Shown in pieces: positions 12,497 to 22,724 of a stretch of DNA of 41,197 nucleotides (the stretch's first letter is position 1; every line of letters begins with the position of its first letter). The notes beneath the pieces are model-generated. The model was given only the letters and a program-made list of their open reading frames with translations. It ran no database searches and was not told the DNA's origin. Position numbers and translations under genes: made by a program. Origin of the DNA: Chiloscyllium plagiosum (lineage: Eukaryota); contig NC_057752.1 in NCBI RefSeq assembly GCF_004010195.1, positions 11,616,915 to 11,658,111 of the forward strand. Reading direction: 5' to 3'.

Positions 12497-12855
12497 TGGA
12501 GGTGCCGGTGTAGGACTGGTGTGCACCAAGTTAAAAAACATTCTATTTTGTTTTAAAAGCACACAATCTGCAGGCAGGGAATGCCGGCAGTAAATCTATG
12601 TAATATTTTATAAATTCCTGTTTTGGAAATAGAGCCTGGCTCAGGTTTGGGATACAGACAGATTCTAACCTCACGCCTTTAATGCATTGTCTGAACTGAG
12701 ATGTCATTTTTTTTTTAATAAAACTTTAAGTTATCTCGAGAATGTGACTTGAAAGATGTTGTGGGATTTACATATTAATGAAATGAAACCTGCAAACCAT
12801 TCTAAAAGATGAAAGACTTAACACAATCTACGTTTGTTCAATATATCGTTTCATA
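12497..12855. repeat. Interspersed repeat fragment (same family as 39993-40125, probably Penelope-like)
   Basis: Starts TGGAGGTGCCGGTGTAGGACTGGTGTGCACCAAGTTAAAAA, matching TGGAGGTGCCGGTGATGATTTGGGGTGTACAAAGTTAAAAA near 40002. Confidence 0.55.
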
Positions 12856-12865
12856 CATCATTTCA

Positions 12866-12973
12866 CTTATTTATGTAGCAACACTGTGCAAGTTCAGAGA
12901 AAAGTTTACAAACGCATTAATGTTTCCTTTTAAGCAAACTACTCAATGTCAGCATCAACAAAACAAATGGTAA
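12866..12973 (+). pseudogene. Truncated GPR139-like paralogue remnant (TM7 end/helix 8 only)
   Basis: LIYVATLCKFREKFTNALMFPFKQTTQCQHQQNKW* matches the intact gene's C-terminus (21/23 aa identical over the first 23), and the downstream flank is also homologous. Confidence 0.9.
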
Positions 12974-13138
12974 TGCCACACCATGTGAACTGGAATGGAT
13001 AACAGTGATCGCTGGATGAATGGATGAAAACAAAGGTTCTGTCGGATCAAATCTGTCAATTAGTGATGACGAGAAAGGTACTCAGTGCATTAATAAGAGC
13101 GTGTCATTAAACATTTAAGGCACACCAAAGACTACTGT

Positions 13139-13407
13139 GGCACGGTGGCTCAGTGGTTAACAGTGCTGCCTCACAGCGCCAGAGACCCGGGTTCAATTCC
13201 CGTCTGTGTGGAGTTTGCACATTCTCCCCGTGTCTGCGTGGGTTTCCTCCGGGAGCTCCGGTTTCCTCCCACAATCCAAAAATGTGCTGGTTAGGTGAAT
13301 TGGCCATGCTATAATTGTGGGTTGCTCTTCAGAGAGTCGGCGTGGACTTGTTGGACCGAAGGGCCTGTTTCCACACTGTAAGTAATCTAATCTAAAACAC
13401 TTGTAAT
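13139..13407 (+). mobile_element. HE1 V-SINE with 7-bp target-site duplication
   Basis: A box TGGCTCAGTGG, B box GGTTCAATTCC, intact V-domain and (TAATC)n tail. CTACTGT duplicated at 13132-13138 and 13408-13414. The paralogous site near 28880 is empty. Confidence 0.95.
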
Positions 13408-13499
13408 CTACTGTATCAAGAACAATGGATGAACATGAATAAATGGGGAATGATCAGTGTCACAGAGTGTCCTCGAGCAAGAAAGGAGACAGAATTCTG

Positions 13500-14190
13500 A
13501 CCCTGTCCATCAGGAACTCGACATCAACCCCATTCCCTGTACCCTCCCCTGTGACAGGATGTTCCACAATCAGAGCTGTCTGAGGGCAATCCTCCAGGTG
13601 CCCTTTCGAACAGCACGGAGCACATTCTCTACTGCTACGTCTCCGGACATGCATTGGCATGACGTTTTCCCCTCCGTGGGCTGAGATTCCCATCGGCGTG
13701 TCCTCTTACCCCGGGGATCTGGTGTGGAGAATGCTGCATGCAGTGGTCCCAAGCATTCGTAGGCTGAGGGAGTTCACCGGGCGTCAGACCACACACATGT
13801 TCTGTGGCCTGGAGGAGACGGTTTTCCATGTTTATGTCGAGTGTGTTCATTTGCAGCCTCTTGCTTGGTTTTTGTAGAGGTTGTTTTTAAAATGTTGCTT
13901 ACATTTCAGTCCCACCCTCCTGATACTGACACTGGGTGTGGGGATGGGTGGGCAAATCTACAGGCCTTCTCATTCCTCTGCTCCTGGGCCTGGACAGTTC
14001 CTGACTGTCTGCCCCTCTTTCAGGTTACCTCTGCCCTCGGGTGTCCCTGCAGAGGAAGCATCTGCTCATCACCAGCATGGTTGAGGCCTTTCGAGACTGG
14101 TGGGCACTGCGGGAGCTGGACTGCATCATCAGCCTGGAAAATGATATTGTCATTCAGTAAGTTTCTGTTCCATCATAATTGTTTTTTTCC
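13500..14190 (+). mobile_element. Tx1-like (L1 clade) LINE 3' end
   Basis: ORF 13659-13877 reads GDLVWRMLHAVVP...MFCGLEETVFHVYVECVHLQPL, the C-terminal CCHC-type zinc knuckle typical of Tx1 ORF2. GC-richer than the flanks and absent from the right duplication copy. Confidence 0.8.
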
Positions 14191-16204
14191 AATTTTCATT
14201 TTTGATATTCTGAAAGAAACAAGGGATTCATTCTATCCTGTGTTGGCCCTATCCCAAGTGAGATTGATGTGGATGGCTGCAGGGGATTTGATTTTTAGTT
14301 TACTTTGACTTCTCATGTTTTGAGTGACTCTATTTTAACCTCTTGTTGTCACTACACTGATTTCCTCAGTGTAGTGTTCCTAGCCCAACAATTTTACACT
14401 TCGTCCACCATAATGTCAAAGGGAAGGATATTCACTGCTGGTTGCACAATGTTCAGCAAAATAGATTAAGAAAGACTAATGTGGGTCAATTCTATGAAAA
14501 GACAGACATTTATAACAGGAAAGTGGGAAAGGTTAGAGAAGGGAAATAAGTACTTTGTGTCTTTCTTAACAGTGAACGACACAGGAAGTGAAATGTGGAA
14601 CTGAACGAAATTCAATGTCGATATTGTAGAGAAGTCATATTGGAGATATTAATGATGTTGAAAAGGGCACTGCTGGCCTTTGCCTGAGAGAGTTGAAAAA
14701 GATGTCGACAGAGAGATTGAATATCGCATAAAGATTTCCACCACGTACATTGATCATCACAATTCACATGATATTAATACTTCAATGCGGACAGCTGTTT
14801 AGCATTTTGAAAATGTTGCATTATTGTTTAAGAAAGGGAGTACAATAAAAATAGCAGTGGCGGATCTGTAAATCTGACCTCAGTCATTGGGGAGGTGACT
14901 AATTTATTACAAAGCAGATACGTATTTGACAAGTAGAAAACAAAATTTACTAATTCAGCAGAGGCAATTCAGAATTGTGAAGGGGTGAGAACTGACAGGA
15001 ATTCCTGAAGATGATACTGACAGAGTTCATGTGGTGAAGCATTGGATGTGGTGGATTTGGATTCTCCGAAGGATTCTGATAAAGTGCTTAATGGGAAACA
15101 ATATGAATGTGCAAGGGATTTTTGGTAATATACCACCGTGAATTAAGAATAGTGTCACAGACATGGTGGGAACATTGCACTGGGAATCAAGATACACTCA
15201 TCCACAAGTCATCTCAAATATGAAATATGATGGTCAATATCTGACTGCGATCTCTGTCGAAGATAAAGAAATCATTTTTCACGATAAAATTTAAAATAAA
15301 ACAGCATGAAAACAGAAGTCATGTTTTGTGTAACAATCTATCCTTTAACCAGTGGGCAACAAATGACTAAATACTGCTCTGAAAACTTCAACTGTTTCGC
15401 ACAAAAATTCAACAGACGCGCACATTCAAGCACAGAAGAAAGATCAACAAGACACATGAGAGACTTTTGAAGAAATATCACTGGCTTGAAAAGACAAACA
15501 AAAATATCCCTTGGATAAAGTATCCAAACCACAAGAGGAAATGCCAAACTGTTAGTTTGGAGTCAGAATATTTCACATTTCTGTCACCAGACACAATGCA
15601 CAATTGAATAGCTGTGGGGTGGTCTCTCTGACTTCAATATTTTCTTTGTGTACGGTCTTTGAATGTCTTTATCACCTTATCACACCCTGGCAGCTTAATG
15701 TTCCGGGGTATAAAGGAAAGGTAGGACAGGAAGTGAAGCAAGAGAGGAGGGGGAGTGAGATTTTTATTTAGGGATAACCATTATGGCTGGACTTGAAGAA
15801 GATATTCCTGAGGGATCACCCAATGGTTTTATATGGGTAGGACTGAGAAATAAGAATGGAGTGATTACCTTGATGGAATCGTACAATAGCCCCCCAGTAG
15901 TCAACAGGAAATCAGGGAACAAAAATGTGGGGAGATCTCAAATATATGTAAGTATATGTATATATGTTGGCTGGGGAGAAAATTGTTAAGTGTGTTCAGG
16001 AAAACTTTCTTGTTCAGTAGGTGGATGTACCCAGTGGAGAAGGGGTAAAATCCGACATTCTGTTGGGACATAAGGTAGGGCAAATGACTGAGGAGTTAGT
16101 GGGGGAGCACTCTGGGACCAGTGATCATAATTCCATCCGTTTTAAAACAGTTATGGAAAAGGATAGGCCTGACCCTGATAGTTAAAGTCCTAAATTGGAG
16201 TAAG

Positions 16205-16498
16205 AGCTGAAAATGTGTTGCTGGAAAAGTGCAGCAGGTCAGGCAGCATCCAAGGAGCAGGAGAATCGAACGTTTCAGGCATGAGCCCTTCTTCAGGAAT
16301 GAGGAAAGTGGTTGGAGGGTTCCTAGGTGGAAGATGAGACGCTCTTCCTCCAACCGTTGTGTTGCTATGGTCTGGCGATGGAGGAGTCCAAGGACCTGCA
16401 TGTCCTTGGTGGAGTGGGAGGGGGAGTTGAAGTGTTGAGCACGGGTGGTTAGGTTGGTTGGTCCAGGTGTCCCAGAGGTGTTCTCTGAAACGTTCCGC
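16205..16498 (-). mobile_element. Penelope-like element fragment: GIY-YIG C-terminus plus terminal repeat, 10-bp TSD
   Basis: Minus frames read AERFREHLWDT..NQPN and AQHFNSPSHSTKDMQVLGLL..RLEEERLIFHLGTLQP. TTGGAGTAAG duplicated at 16195-16204 and 16499-16508. Confidence 0.9.
16264..16300 (-). ncRNA. Minimal hammerhead ribozyme motif
   Basis: CTGAAGA (16296-16290), extra A, stem II GGGC-TCAT-GCCT, GAAA, CGTT (putative GUU cleavage triplet). Stem I is weak. Confidence 0.6.
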
Positions 16499-16693
16499 TT
16501 GGAGTAAGGCCAGTTTTGATGGTATCGAACAGGAACTTTCAAAAGTTGATTGGGGAGACTGTTTGAAGATATCAAGCATCAAGCATGTGGGAGGTTTTCA
16601 AAAAAGAGATCATGAGAGTTCAGCAACAGCATGTTCCTGATTGTGTGAACGACAATACTGGTAGATGTAGCTGCTGGAAGATGAGAGATATTG

Positions 16694-16928
16694 GGGGGGA
16701 TGGATTAGAGTGTGCTGGAAAAGCACAGCAGGTCAGGCAGCATCCAAGAAGCAAGAAATTCGATGTTTCGGGCAAAAGTCGTTCATCAGAAACTCTGACT
16801 CCTGATGAAGGGCTTTTGCCCGAAACGTCGATTTTCCTGCTCCTCGGATGCTGCCTGACCTGTGTGCTTTTCCAGCACCACTCTAATCTAGACTCTGATC
16901 TCCAGCATCTGCAGTCCTGACTTTCACC
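16694..16928 (+). mobile_element. Penelope-like fold-back insert (inverted plus direct terminal repeat), 12-bp TSD
   Basis: Imperfect inverted arms about 16703-16789 and 16802-16888 around a 12-nt spacer, then a 3' tail of about 39 nt. TGAGAGATATTG duplicated at 16682-16693 and 16929-16940. Confidence 0.9.
16797..16835 (+). ncRNA. Minimal hammerhead ribozyme motif, best-preserved copy
   Basis: CTGATGA (16802-16808), extra A, perfect stem II GGGC-TTTT-GCCC (16810-16821), GAAA (16822-16825), palindromic ACGT stem III and GTC triplet (predicted cut after 16829). Confidence 0.72.
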
Positions 16929-17202
16929 TGAGAGATATTGAGGCTCTAGTCAAGAAAAATAAAGAAGTAGGTTTGAATGAGAATATAGAATTTATGGTTA
17001 ATAAGTTTGCAGATGACACCAAAATCAGTGTTAAAGTGGACAGTGAGGACGGTTATGGAAGAGTACAACAAGACCTTGATCAAATGGGACAATGGATCGA
17101 GGAGTAGCAGATGGACTTTAATTCAGATGAATGAGAGGTGTTGCATTTTGGCAAGGCAAACCAGGGCAGGACTTATATAGCTAATGGTAGGGCCCTGGTA
17201 AG

Positions 17203-17330
17203 ATTCCAGAAGAAGGGCTTATGCCCGAAACGTCAATTCCCCTGCTCCTTGGATGCTGCCTGGCCTGCTGTGTTTTTCCAGCATCACATTTTTCAACTCT
17301 GGTCTCCAGCATCTGCAGTCCTCACTTCCT
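17203..17330 (+). mobile_element. Penelope-like solo terminal repeat, 10-bp TSD, hammerhead core mutated
   Basis: CAGAAGA-A-GGGC-TTAT-GCCC-GAAA-CGTC followed by the shared CCAGCATCTGCAGTCCTCACTT end. CCCTGGTAAG duplicated at 17193-17202 and 17331-17340. Confidence 0.9.
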
Positions 17331-17504
17331 CCCTGGTAAGTATTGTCAAACAGAGAGACCTCAGGGTACAGGTACATAGATCCTTGAAAGAGGTGTCACA
17401 GGAAGATAGGGTGGTTAAGACGGCGTTTGGTCCATTTGACTTCATTGGCTAGAGCATTGACATTAGGAGTTGGGATGTCATGTTGCATCTGTACAAGATA
17501 CTTG

Positions 17505-17890
17505 CTGATGATATCCAACTTGATGAGAATGTGAGCTGTGAGGAGGATGGACAGCAGTTTCAAGGAGATTCAAAAAAGGCTGAATTAATGGAGAAGAACA
17601 TTGCTGATGGGATATAAAGTGGACACGTGTGAAGTTATTCTCTTTTGTTGGAGTATGGGCGGATATTTGTCAGAGGGTGAGAAATTGGAACATATTACCG
17701 CCCCAACAGCTGTCTCTGATCCTTTTACATGAGTGACAGAAAGCTAGCCTATGTGTGCAGCAATCCATGTGGAATGGAAGTGGATGGTAACCTTTATTGC
17801 AAGTGTTTTTGAGAATACAAATGCAGAAGTCATGCTATAATTACATGGAACAGTGTTAAGACCACACCTGAAGAATTTCATTCAACCTTA
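17505..17890 (+). mobile_element. Old CR1-like ORF2 fragment (different subfamily)
   Basis: ADDIQL/CEED-like and CEVILF-like remnants, and GTTAAGACCACACCTG (VRPHL). Confidence 0.55.
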
Positions 17891-17957
17891 TCAATATCTT
17901 AAAGTGAGAGGGTGACAGCACATACTAAAGTGCTGGGAAGTGAGAGAAAGTAATAGC

Positions 17958-18275
17958 ATGATGGCTATGTGGTTAGCACTGCTGCCTCATGGTACCAGGG
18001 TCTCAGGTTCGGTTTCAGCCTTGGAGGAACTGTCTGTGTTGAGGTTGCTGATTCTCCCTGGGTCTGCATGGGTTTGCTCCAACATTCCAAAACTGTCCAA
18101 GTTCAGTGGATTGGCCATGTTGAATTATCCACAATATCCAAGTATGTGTGCGCGTGGGAGATTCACCGTGGTGAACATGGGGCAACAGGATAGGGAAGGG
18201 GGTGGGGTCAGGATAGGTGCTTTTCAGAGGGTCGTTAAGGGCAGAATGGCCTCTTCCTGCACTGCAGTAATTCGA
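17958..18275 (+). mobile_element. Degenerate HE1 V-SINE
   Basis: GTGGTTAGCACTGCTGCCTCA head, partial V-domain, GGATTGGCCATG and AATGGCCTCTTCCTGCACTG tail. Confidence 0.8.
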
Positions 18276-18407
18276 CAGACAGAATAATTTTTGGAAAGAC
18301 GCATCCCTTGGCTGTGCAATAAAGAAGCAGGGGACAACATTGTCAAATAAAATTGAAAACACGAAGACTGGTCTGAGGAACAAGGTCTTCACTCAAGAGA
18401 TTTCTAG

Positions 18408-18905
18408 CGTCATGGAGTTATCCACCAGAGAAACAAATCCTTCTGTCCAACTTGCCTATGCTGAACAGACGTCCTAAATCTATCTAGTCCCATTTGCCAG
18501 CACTTGGCCCATATCCCTCTAAACCCTTACTATTCATATGCTCATCCAGATGCCTTTTAAATGTTGTAATTGACCAGCCTCTATCACTTCCTCTGGCATC
18601 TCATTCCATACATGCACCACTCTCTGCGTGAAAAGTTGCCCATTGAATCCTTTTCACATCTTTCCGCTCTCACCCTAAACCTATACCCTGTAGTTCTGGA
18701 AACCCTACCCCAGGGGAAATACCTTGTCTAAATACCCTATCAATGTTCCTTATAATTTTATAAACCTCTATAAAGTTACCCCCTCAGACACCGACACCTC
18801 AGCCTATTCAGCCTGCCCCTATAGCTCAAACCTTCCAACCCTGGAATCATCCTTGTAATCTTTTTCTGAACCATTTCAAATTTAACAACATCCTTCCGAT
18901 AGGAA
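18408..18905 (-). mobile_element. CR1 LINE 3' end
   Basis: Closely resembles 20921-21440 (CATATCCCTCTAAACCCTT..ATCCAGATGCCTTTTAAATGTTG). The minus strand encodes EVYKII-type motifs. Confidence 0.88.
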
Positions 18906-19490
18906 TGGTAACTCTTTGGAATTGTCTCCCCCCAGTGAAATGTGGGAGCTCAGTCACTCAGTCAGTTCACAGCAGATATTGATGGATTTTTCTTTACTAG
19001 AGACACCAAGGGAGACACCAAGTTAGAGCACAAACGCAGCAATGGGAGAGAGGGTCAGCACAATGTCCCTTTAACAAGTTAGGATGGGAAATGAAAGGTC
19101 TTGGAGTGTGGGGAAGAAAGATTGAATCCAAAGGGTATTGACTAATCAACTGAATCTGGAATCATGGGTAAATCATGGGTGAAGTGATGGTTGAAATGGG
19201 GTTGCTGATTGAGAATAGCTGAGCTGCTCTTACAGAGAGCTGACCCAGTCAGCACAAACTCTGTCGAAAAATGCTAGGTAGGAGTATATTGTGATATGCT
19301 TGAGCCGAAAATGGCTTAATTGAATTTCTTCATCTCAAGAGAGCTGCAGAACCCTCCAAAACAGATTGCTCACTATTCTCCTTCACCAGAGAGTTAACTC
19401 TGCTGTCATAATTCTTCTTAGTGCATTCGTCAGAAAATAAACAACTGGAAAATTTTGCAACCACAGATTCCCCTGGCAGTTCCTACAGGG

Positions 19491-19497
19491 TATAAAA
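19491..19497 (+). promoter_or_regulatory. TATA box of the GPR139-like gene
   Basis: Consensus TATAAAA in non-repetitive sequence, 80 nt upstream of the exon 1 ATG. Confidence 0.65.
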
Positions 19498-19570
19498 CAA
19501 GGGTGTTTATCCCACTCTGAATCAATGAGGTTACTGGCAGCATAAAGTGATTGATCTCTTCGCTCAGAAA

Positions 19571-19637
19571 ATGCATCGACCAATCCAAGTGATCAGGAAC
19601 ATATTCTACATTGCAGTAGCGGTACTCGGTTTGCCTG
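19571..19637 (+). CDS. GPR139/GPR142-like GPCR, exon 1 (MHRPIQVIRNIFYIAVAVLGLP + phase-1 G)
   Basis: AAAATGC start context, a hydrophobic first half of TM1 ending GLP and a perfect donor G|GTAAGT at 19638. Phase 1 joins exon 2 to give GLP-V-NLL, the class A TM1 GxPxN motif. Confidence 0.88.
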
Positions 19638-19663
19638 GTAAGTGTCTGTGATTGTTGAGGGTA

Positions 19664-19790
19664 GGGCTCTTGTAGTGCAGTGGTAGTGTCCCTACCCCTG
19701 AACTGAAGCAGGCCTGGGTACAAGCTCCCCCTGTTCCCCATGTGTTTCTCACATCTCTGTGCAGGTTGATTAAAAATTGCTGGAATTGTT
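19664..19790 (+). mobile_element. Probable degenerate tRNA-derived SINE head
   Basis: A-box-like TAGTGCAGTGGTAG and weak B-box-like GGGTACAAGCTCCC. Confidence 0.4.
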
Positions 19791-19813
19791 GAGGTTGCCT
19801 GAATCAATGTGGG

Positions 19814-19952
19814 CTGAAAAATGTGTTGCTGGAAAAACGCAGCAGGTCAGGCAGCATCCAAGGAGCAGGAGAATCGACGTTTCGGGCATAAGCCCTTTTC
19901 CAGCAACACATTTTTCAGCTCTGATCTCCAGCAACTGCAGTCCTCACTTTCT
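19814..19952 (+). mobile_element. Penelope-like fold-back mini-insert in the receptor intron, TSD up to 16 bp
   Basis: Perfect 24-bp inverted repeat (GCTGAAAAATGTGTTGCTGGAAAA / TTTTCCAGCAACACATTTTTCAGC) enclosing an antisense half-hammerhead (GGGC-TTAT-GCCC-GAAA-CGTC). CCTGAATCAATGTGGG at 19798-19813 and 19953-19968. Confidence 0.9.
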
Positions 19953-20689
19953 CCTGAATCAATGTGGGGTTTGTTTCCTGCTGTCATACTGTCACTGAAC
20001 ATGGCTGATCGAATCATCCCAACTCAACAGACATCCAGTCAGTAAAATCATTCTGTTAAATCCACTGTCTGATGGTTGTGGATAGATTCTGTTCCCTGAA
20101 CTGATATGGTGTCATAGAGACTTCTCTTCATTATAAAGCTATTGAATCACTGGAATGGTGTTTGCCTGTTCGAACAATCATAAAAGCAGGAAAGAATGGA
20201 AAAATGTTGTGGGAGGATCTCTCAATTCAGAATGGGTCTGAGTGTGGTCACTGACTGGAGTGAAACACCCGGGGCAAGTGATCATGAAGCATTGAGAGGA
20301 TCTGCCACTCTGACTGTTGTTTCATTGTTGTAAGTACAAACATGATCGTGTACAGAGGGTGTTGGTAGAAATATAGGAGATCGACACGAGGATGTTTGGT
20401 CTTACTTATGAAAAGCTACATTACATTGTTCTATATTGTGTTCCTACTTGCATACAAATCGACTGACAAACATCTTCAAGAATGAAACCTATTTATCACG
20501 TGGGGACTGCCTGTAGGGGAATTGCTGCACACACAGTATTGTGGTTAATACACTACAGGCTACCTTCAATTTAGTTCCTTCAGAAGAACTCTCACAGACA
20601 ACCATGTACCGAAATAGTGATTTGAACTTTATTGCATGTAACAAACAAAGTGTGACACCTCAAGTTAGCAAATTAAGCCTCACAACTGA

Positions 20690-20752
20690 ATAGGGTTGGT
20701 GTGGACTTGTTGAGCCGAAGATGCCTGTTTCCATACTGTAAGGAAACTAAAT
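20690..20752 (+). mobile_element. HE1 SINE 3' tail fragment
   Basis: GGGTTGGTGTGGACTTGTTGAGCCGAAGATGCCTGTTTCCATACTGTAAG. Confidence 0.7.
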
Positions 20753-20920
20753 CTTATTTCATTGGAAAGTTAAAAAAAAAGTTTGAGTAAGCTCTGGTAG
20801 AAATGATATTAGAAAAACTTTTTAGCTTGTTATCAAAACATGGATAAATTGTTTTTGCTAACATCCAATTTGAACTCTGAATTTGGGATGAGAAAATGTT
20901 TGTGCATGTACCTTGTATTT

Positions 20921-21652
20921 ATAGAGTCAGAGAGGCATAGGAATGTACAGCACGGAAACAGGCCCTTCGGTCCAACCCATCCATGCTGACCAGATATCCA
21001 AACCTAATCTAGTCCCACCTGCCAGCACCTGGCCCATATCCCTTCAAACCCTTCCTATTCATATACGCATCCAGATGCCTTTTAAATGTTGCAACTGTAC
21101 CAGCCTCCACCTTCACCTTACTCTGGCAGCTCATTCCATACACGTGCCACCCTCTACGTGAAAAAGTTGCCCCTTAGGTCTCTTTCTTAGGTCTCTTTTA
21201 TGTCTTTCCCCTCTCACCCTGAACCTATGCCCTCGAGTTCTGGACTCCCCCACCCTGTGGGAAAGACTTTTGTCTATTTATTCTATCCATGCCCCTCATG
21301 ATTTCATAAACCTCTGTAAGGTCACCCCTCAGCCACCGATGCTTCAGGGAAAACAGCCCTAATCCTCCAACCCTGGCAACATCCTTGTAAATCTTTTCTG
21401 AATCCTTTCAGGTTTCACAACATCTTTCCGATAGGAGGGAGACCAGAATTGCACACGATATTCCAACAGTGGCCTAACTAATGTCCTGTACAGCCACAAC
21501 ATAACCTCCCAACTCCTGTACTCAATACTCTGACCAATAAAGGAAAGCATACCAAACACCTTCTTCACTATCCTATCTACCTGAGACTCCACTTTCAAGG
21601 AGCTATGAAGCTGCACTCCAAGGTCTCTTTTTTCCGCAACACTCCTTAGGAT
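20921..21652 (-). mobile_element. 5'-truncated CR1 LINE
   Basis: ORF 21359-21616 (LYRTLVRPLLEYRVQFWSPSYRKD...QKRFTRMLPGL) plus the CR1 3' UTR and tail. Confidence 0.92.
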
Positions 21653-22724
21653 CTTGGAAAATGTTTCATTTAAGACAACAAAAATGTAAAATGTGAGATT
21701 ATTAAAATATTTTCTGACAGTTTTTTTAAAAATAAACTGAATATATGTAAGTATAACATGACATCACCTAGTAACCTGGGCTCTGCCCCTTCTGAGGCCA
21801 GCAGAGTGCCCTCGTCCTGCTGTCTGTTTTAAATCTTCTGACACGCCTCCTAAGTGGTGTGATTTATGATTCCGGGAATGATTAACGCATTGGGCTTCTT
21901 CCAGTCAACTCTGTTGCTTCGGAACAGGTTTCAAGAACACAGCAATGGAGCTGGAAGTCTTACAAAGACAAAGTCTTTGAAAACAGCAGAACTCCTAAGT
22001 GACTACAATCATCTGAATCTCCAGTATAAGGGATTTGTTGAAAAGTACCAAGCCTGGATGTAATTGTTTCTGAAATTGAGATTGATAACATTACTTGATA
22101 CCAGGTGCTAGTTCAAACATGCAATAGGACATTTCATCTAATGATAAAGGGCAAATAGTTGTAAATCATTAAATTTTAACTTGAAAATAAGAGAAGCTAA
22201 CAGAATCAGTCCGGGCAGTTTTAATTTGGAGAAAATAAATGCTGGGAAGAATTAATTGGCCACTAATGAATTCTGTCAGCCGGACAATAATGCAAGGACA
22301 CAAAACAAAGTTGAGTCAGTTGCAGTCAATTTTGAATTTGGAATAATTTTGAAAAAAAAGGTAGCCAATTATAACCAAACAATTTATATTTGAGAAAGAG
22401 CAAACAAGCAAAAACTGGGCATGGGCATGCTTGTAAACCAGGCAGTAATAATGTTAGTTTGTCTCCTTTGAAGCTGTTGTGGAGACATGTCGTTTTTGTT
22501 TAATCTGGACAGTAAAGCGTTCTCTGGGATTCCTGAATCATCATAATGGGAATTGATGGACGGGGTGGGGGGGGGGGGGGGGGGCACACTTAAAATAGAA
22601 GAAGAGCAATAGGTAGAAAGTGACTTAGCATCAAGTGGAAATGGGAATGACTCAGTGCAGTTAAACGGAATATTGTTAATGAAATCCAAGTGTATATAGA
22701 ATGAGATAATTAACAGCTTCTCTT

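Larger units (their letters stand above)
12864..15298 (+). repeat. Left copy of a local segmental duplication (partner 28604-30270)
   Basis: 12864-13497 (minus the SINE) aligns by eye to 28604-28968. About 14355-15298 aligns to about 29340-30270, including a shared old CR1 RT fragment. Confidence 0.9.
15680..17500 (+). mobile_element. Degenerate, internally deleted CR1 ORF2 (EN to RT) interrupted by three Penelope-like inserts
   Basis: Endonuclease-like IWVGLRNKNGVITL and GTSDHNSI, then MWEVFKKEIMRVQQQHVP, KFADDTKI, LHFGKANQGRTY and QRDLRVQVH. Confidence 0.88.

Noticed and set aside
13139..13200. tRNA genes (A/B boxes here and at other HE1 heads)
   Set aside because: They continue into the V-domain and LINE-derived tail, so they are SINE heads rather than tRNAs.
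22085..22125. Aspartic protease-like LDTGASSN remnant
   Set aside because: Requires a frameshift, is very short and has no supporting neighbouring domains.
22561..22584. Poly-G run as a functional G-quadruplex (also 2722-2742)
   Set aside because: Simple homopolymer with no supporting context, and its length may be a sequencing artefact.
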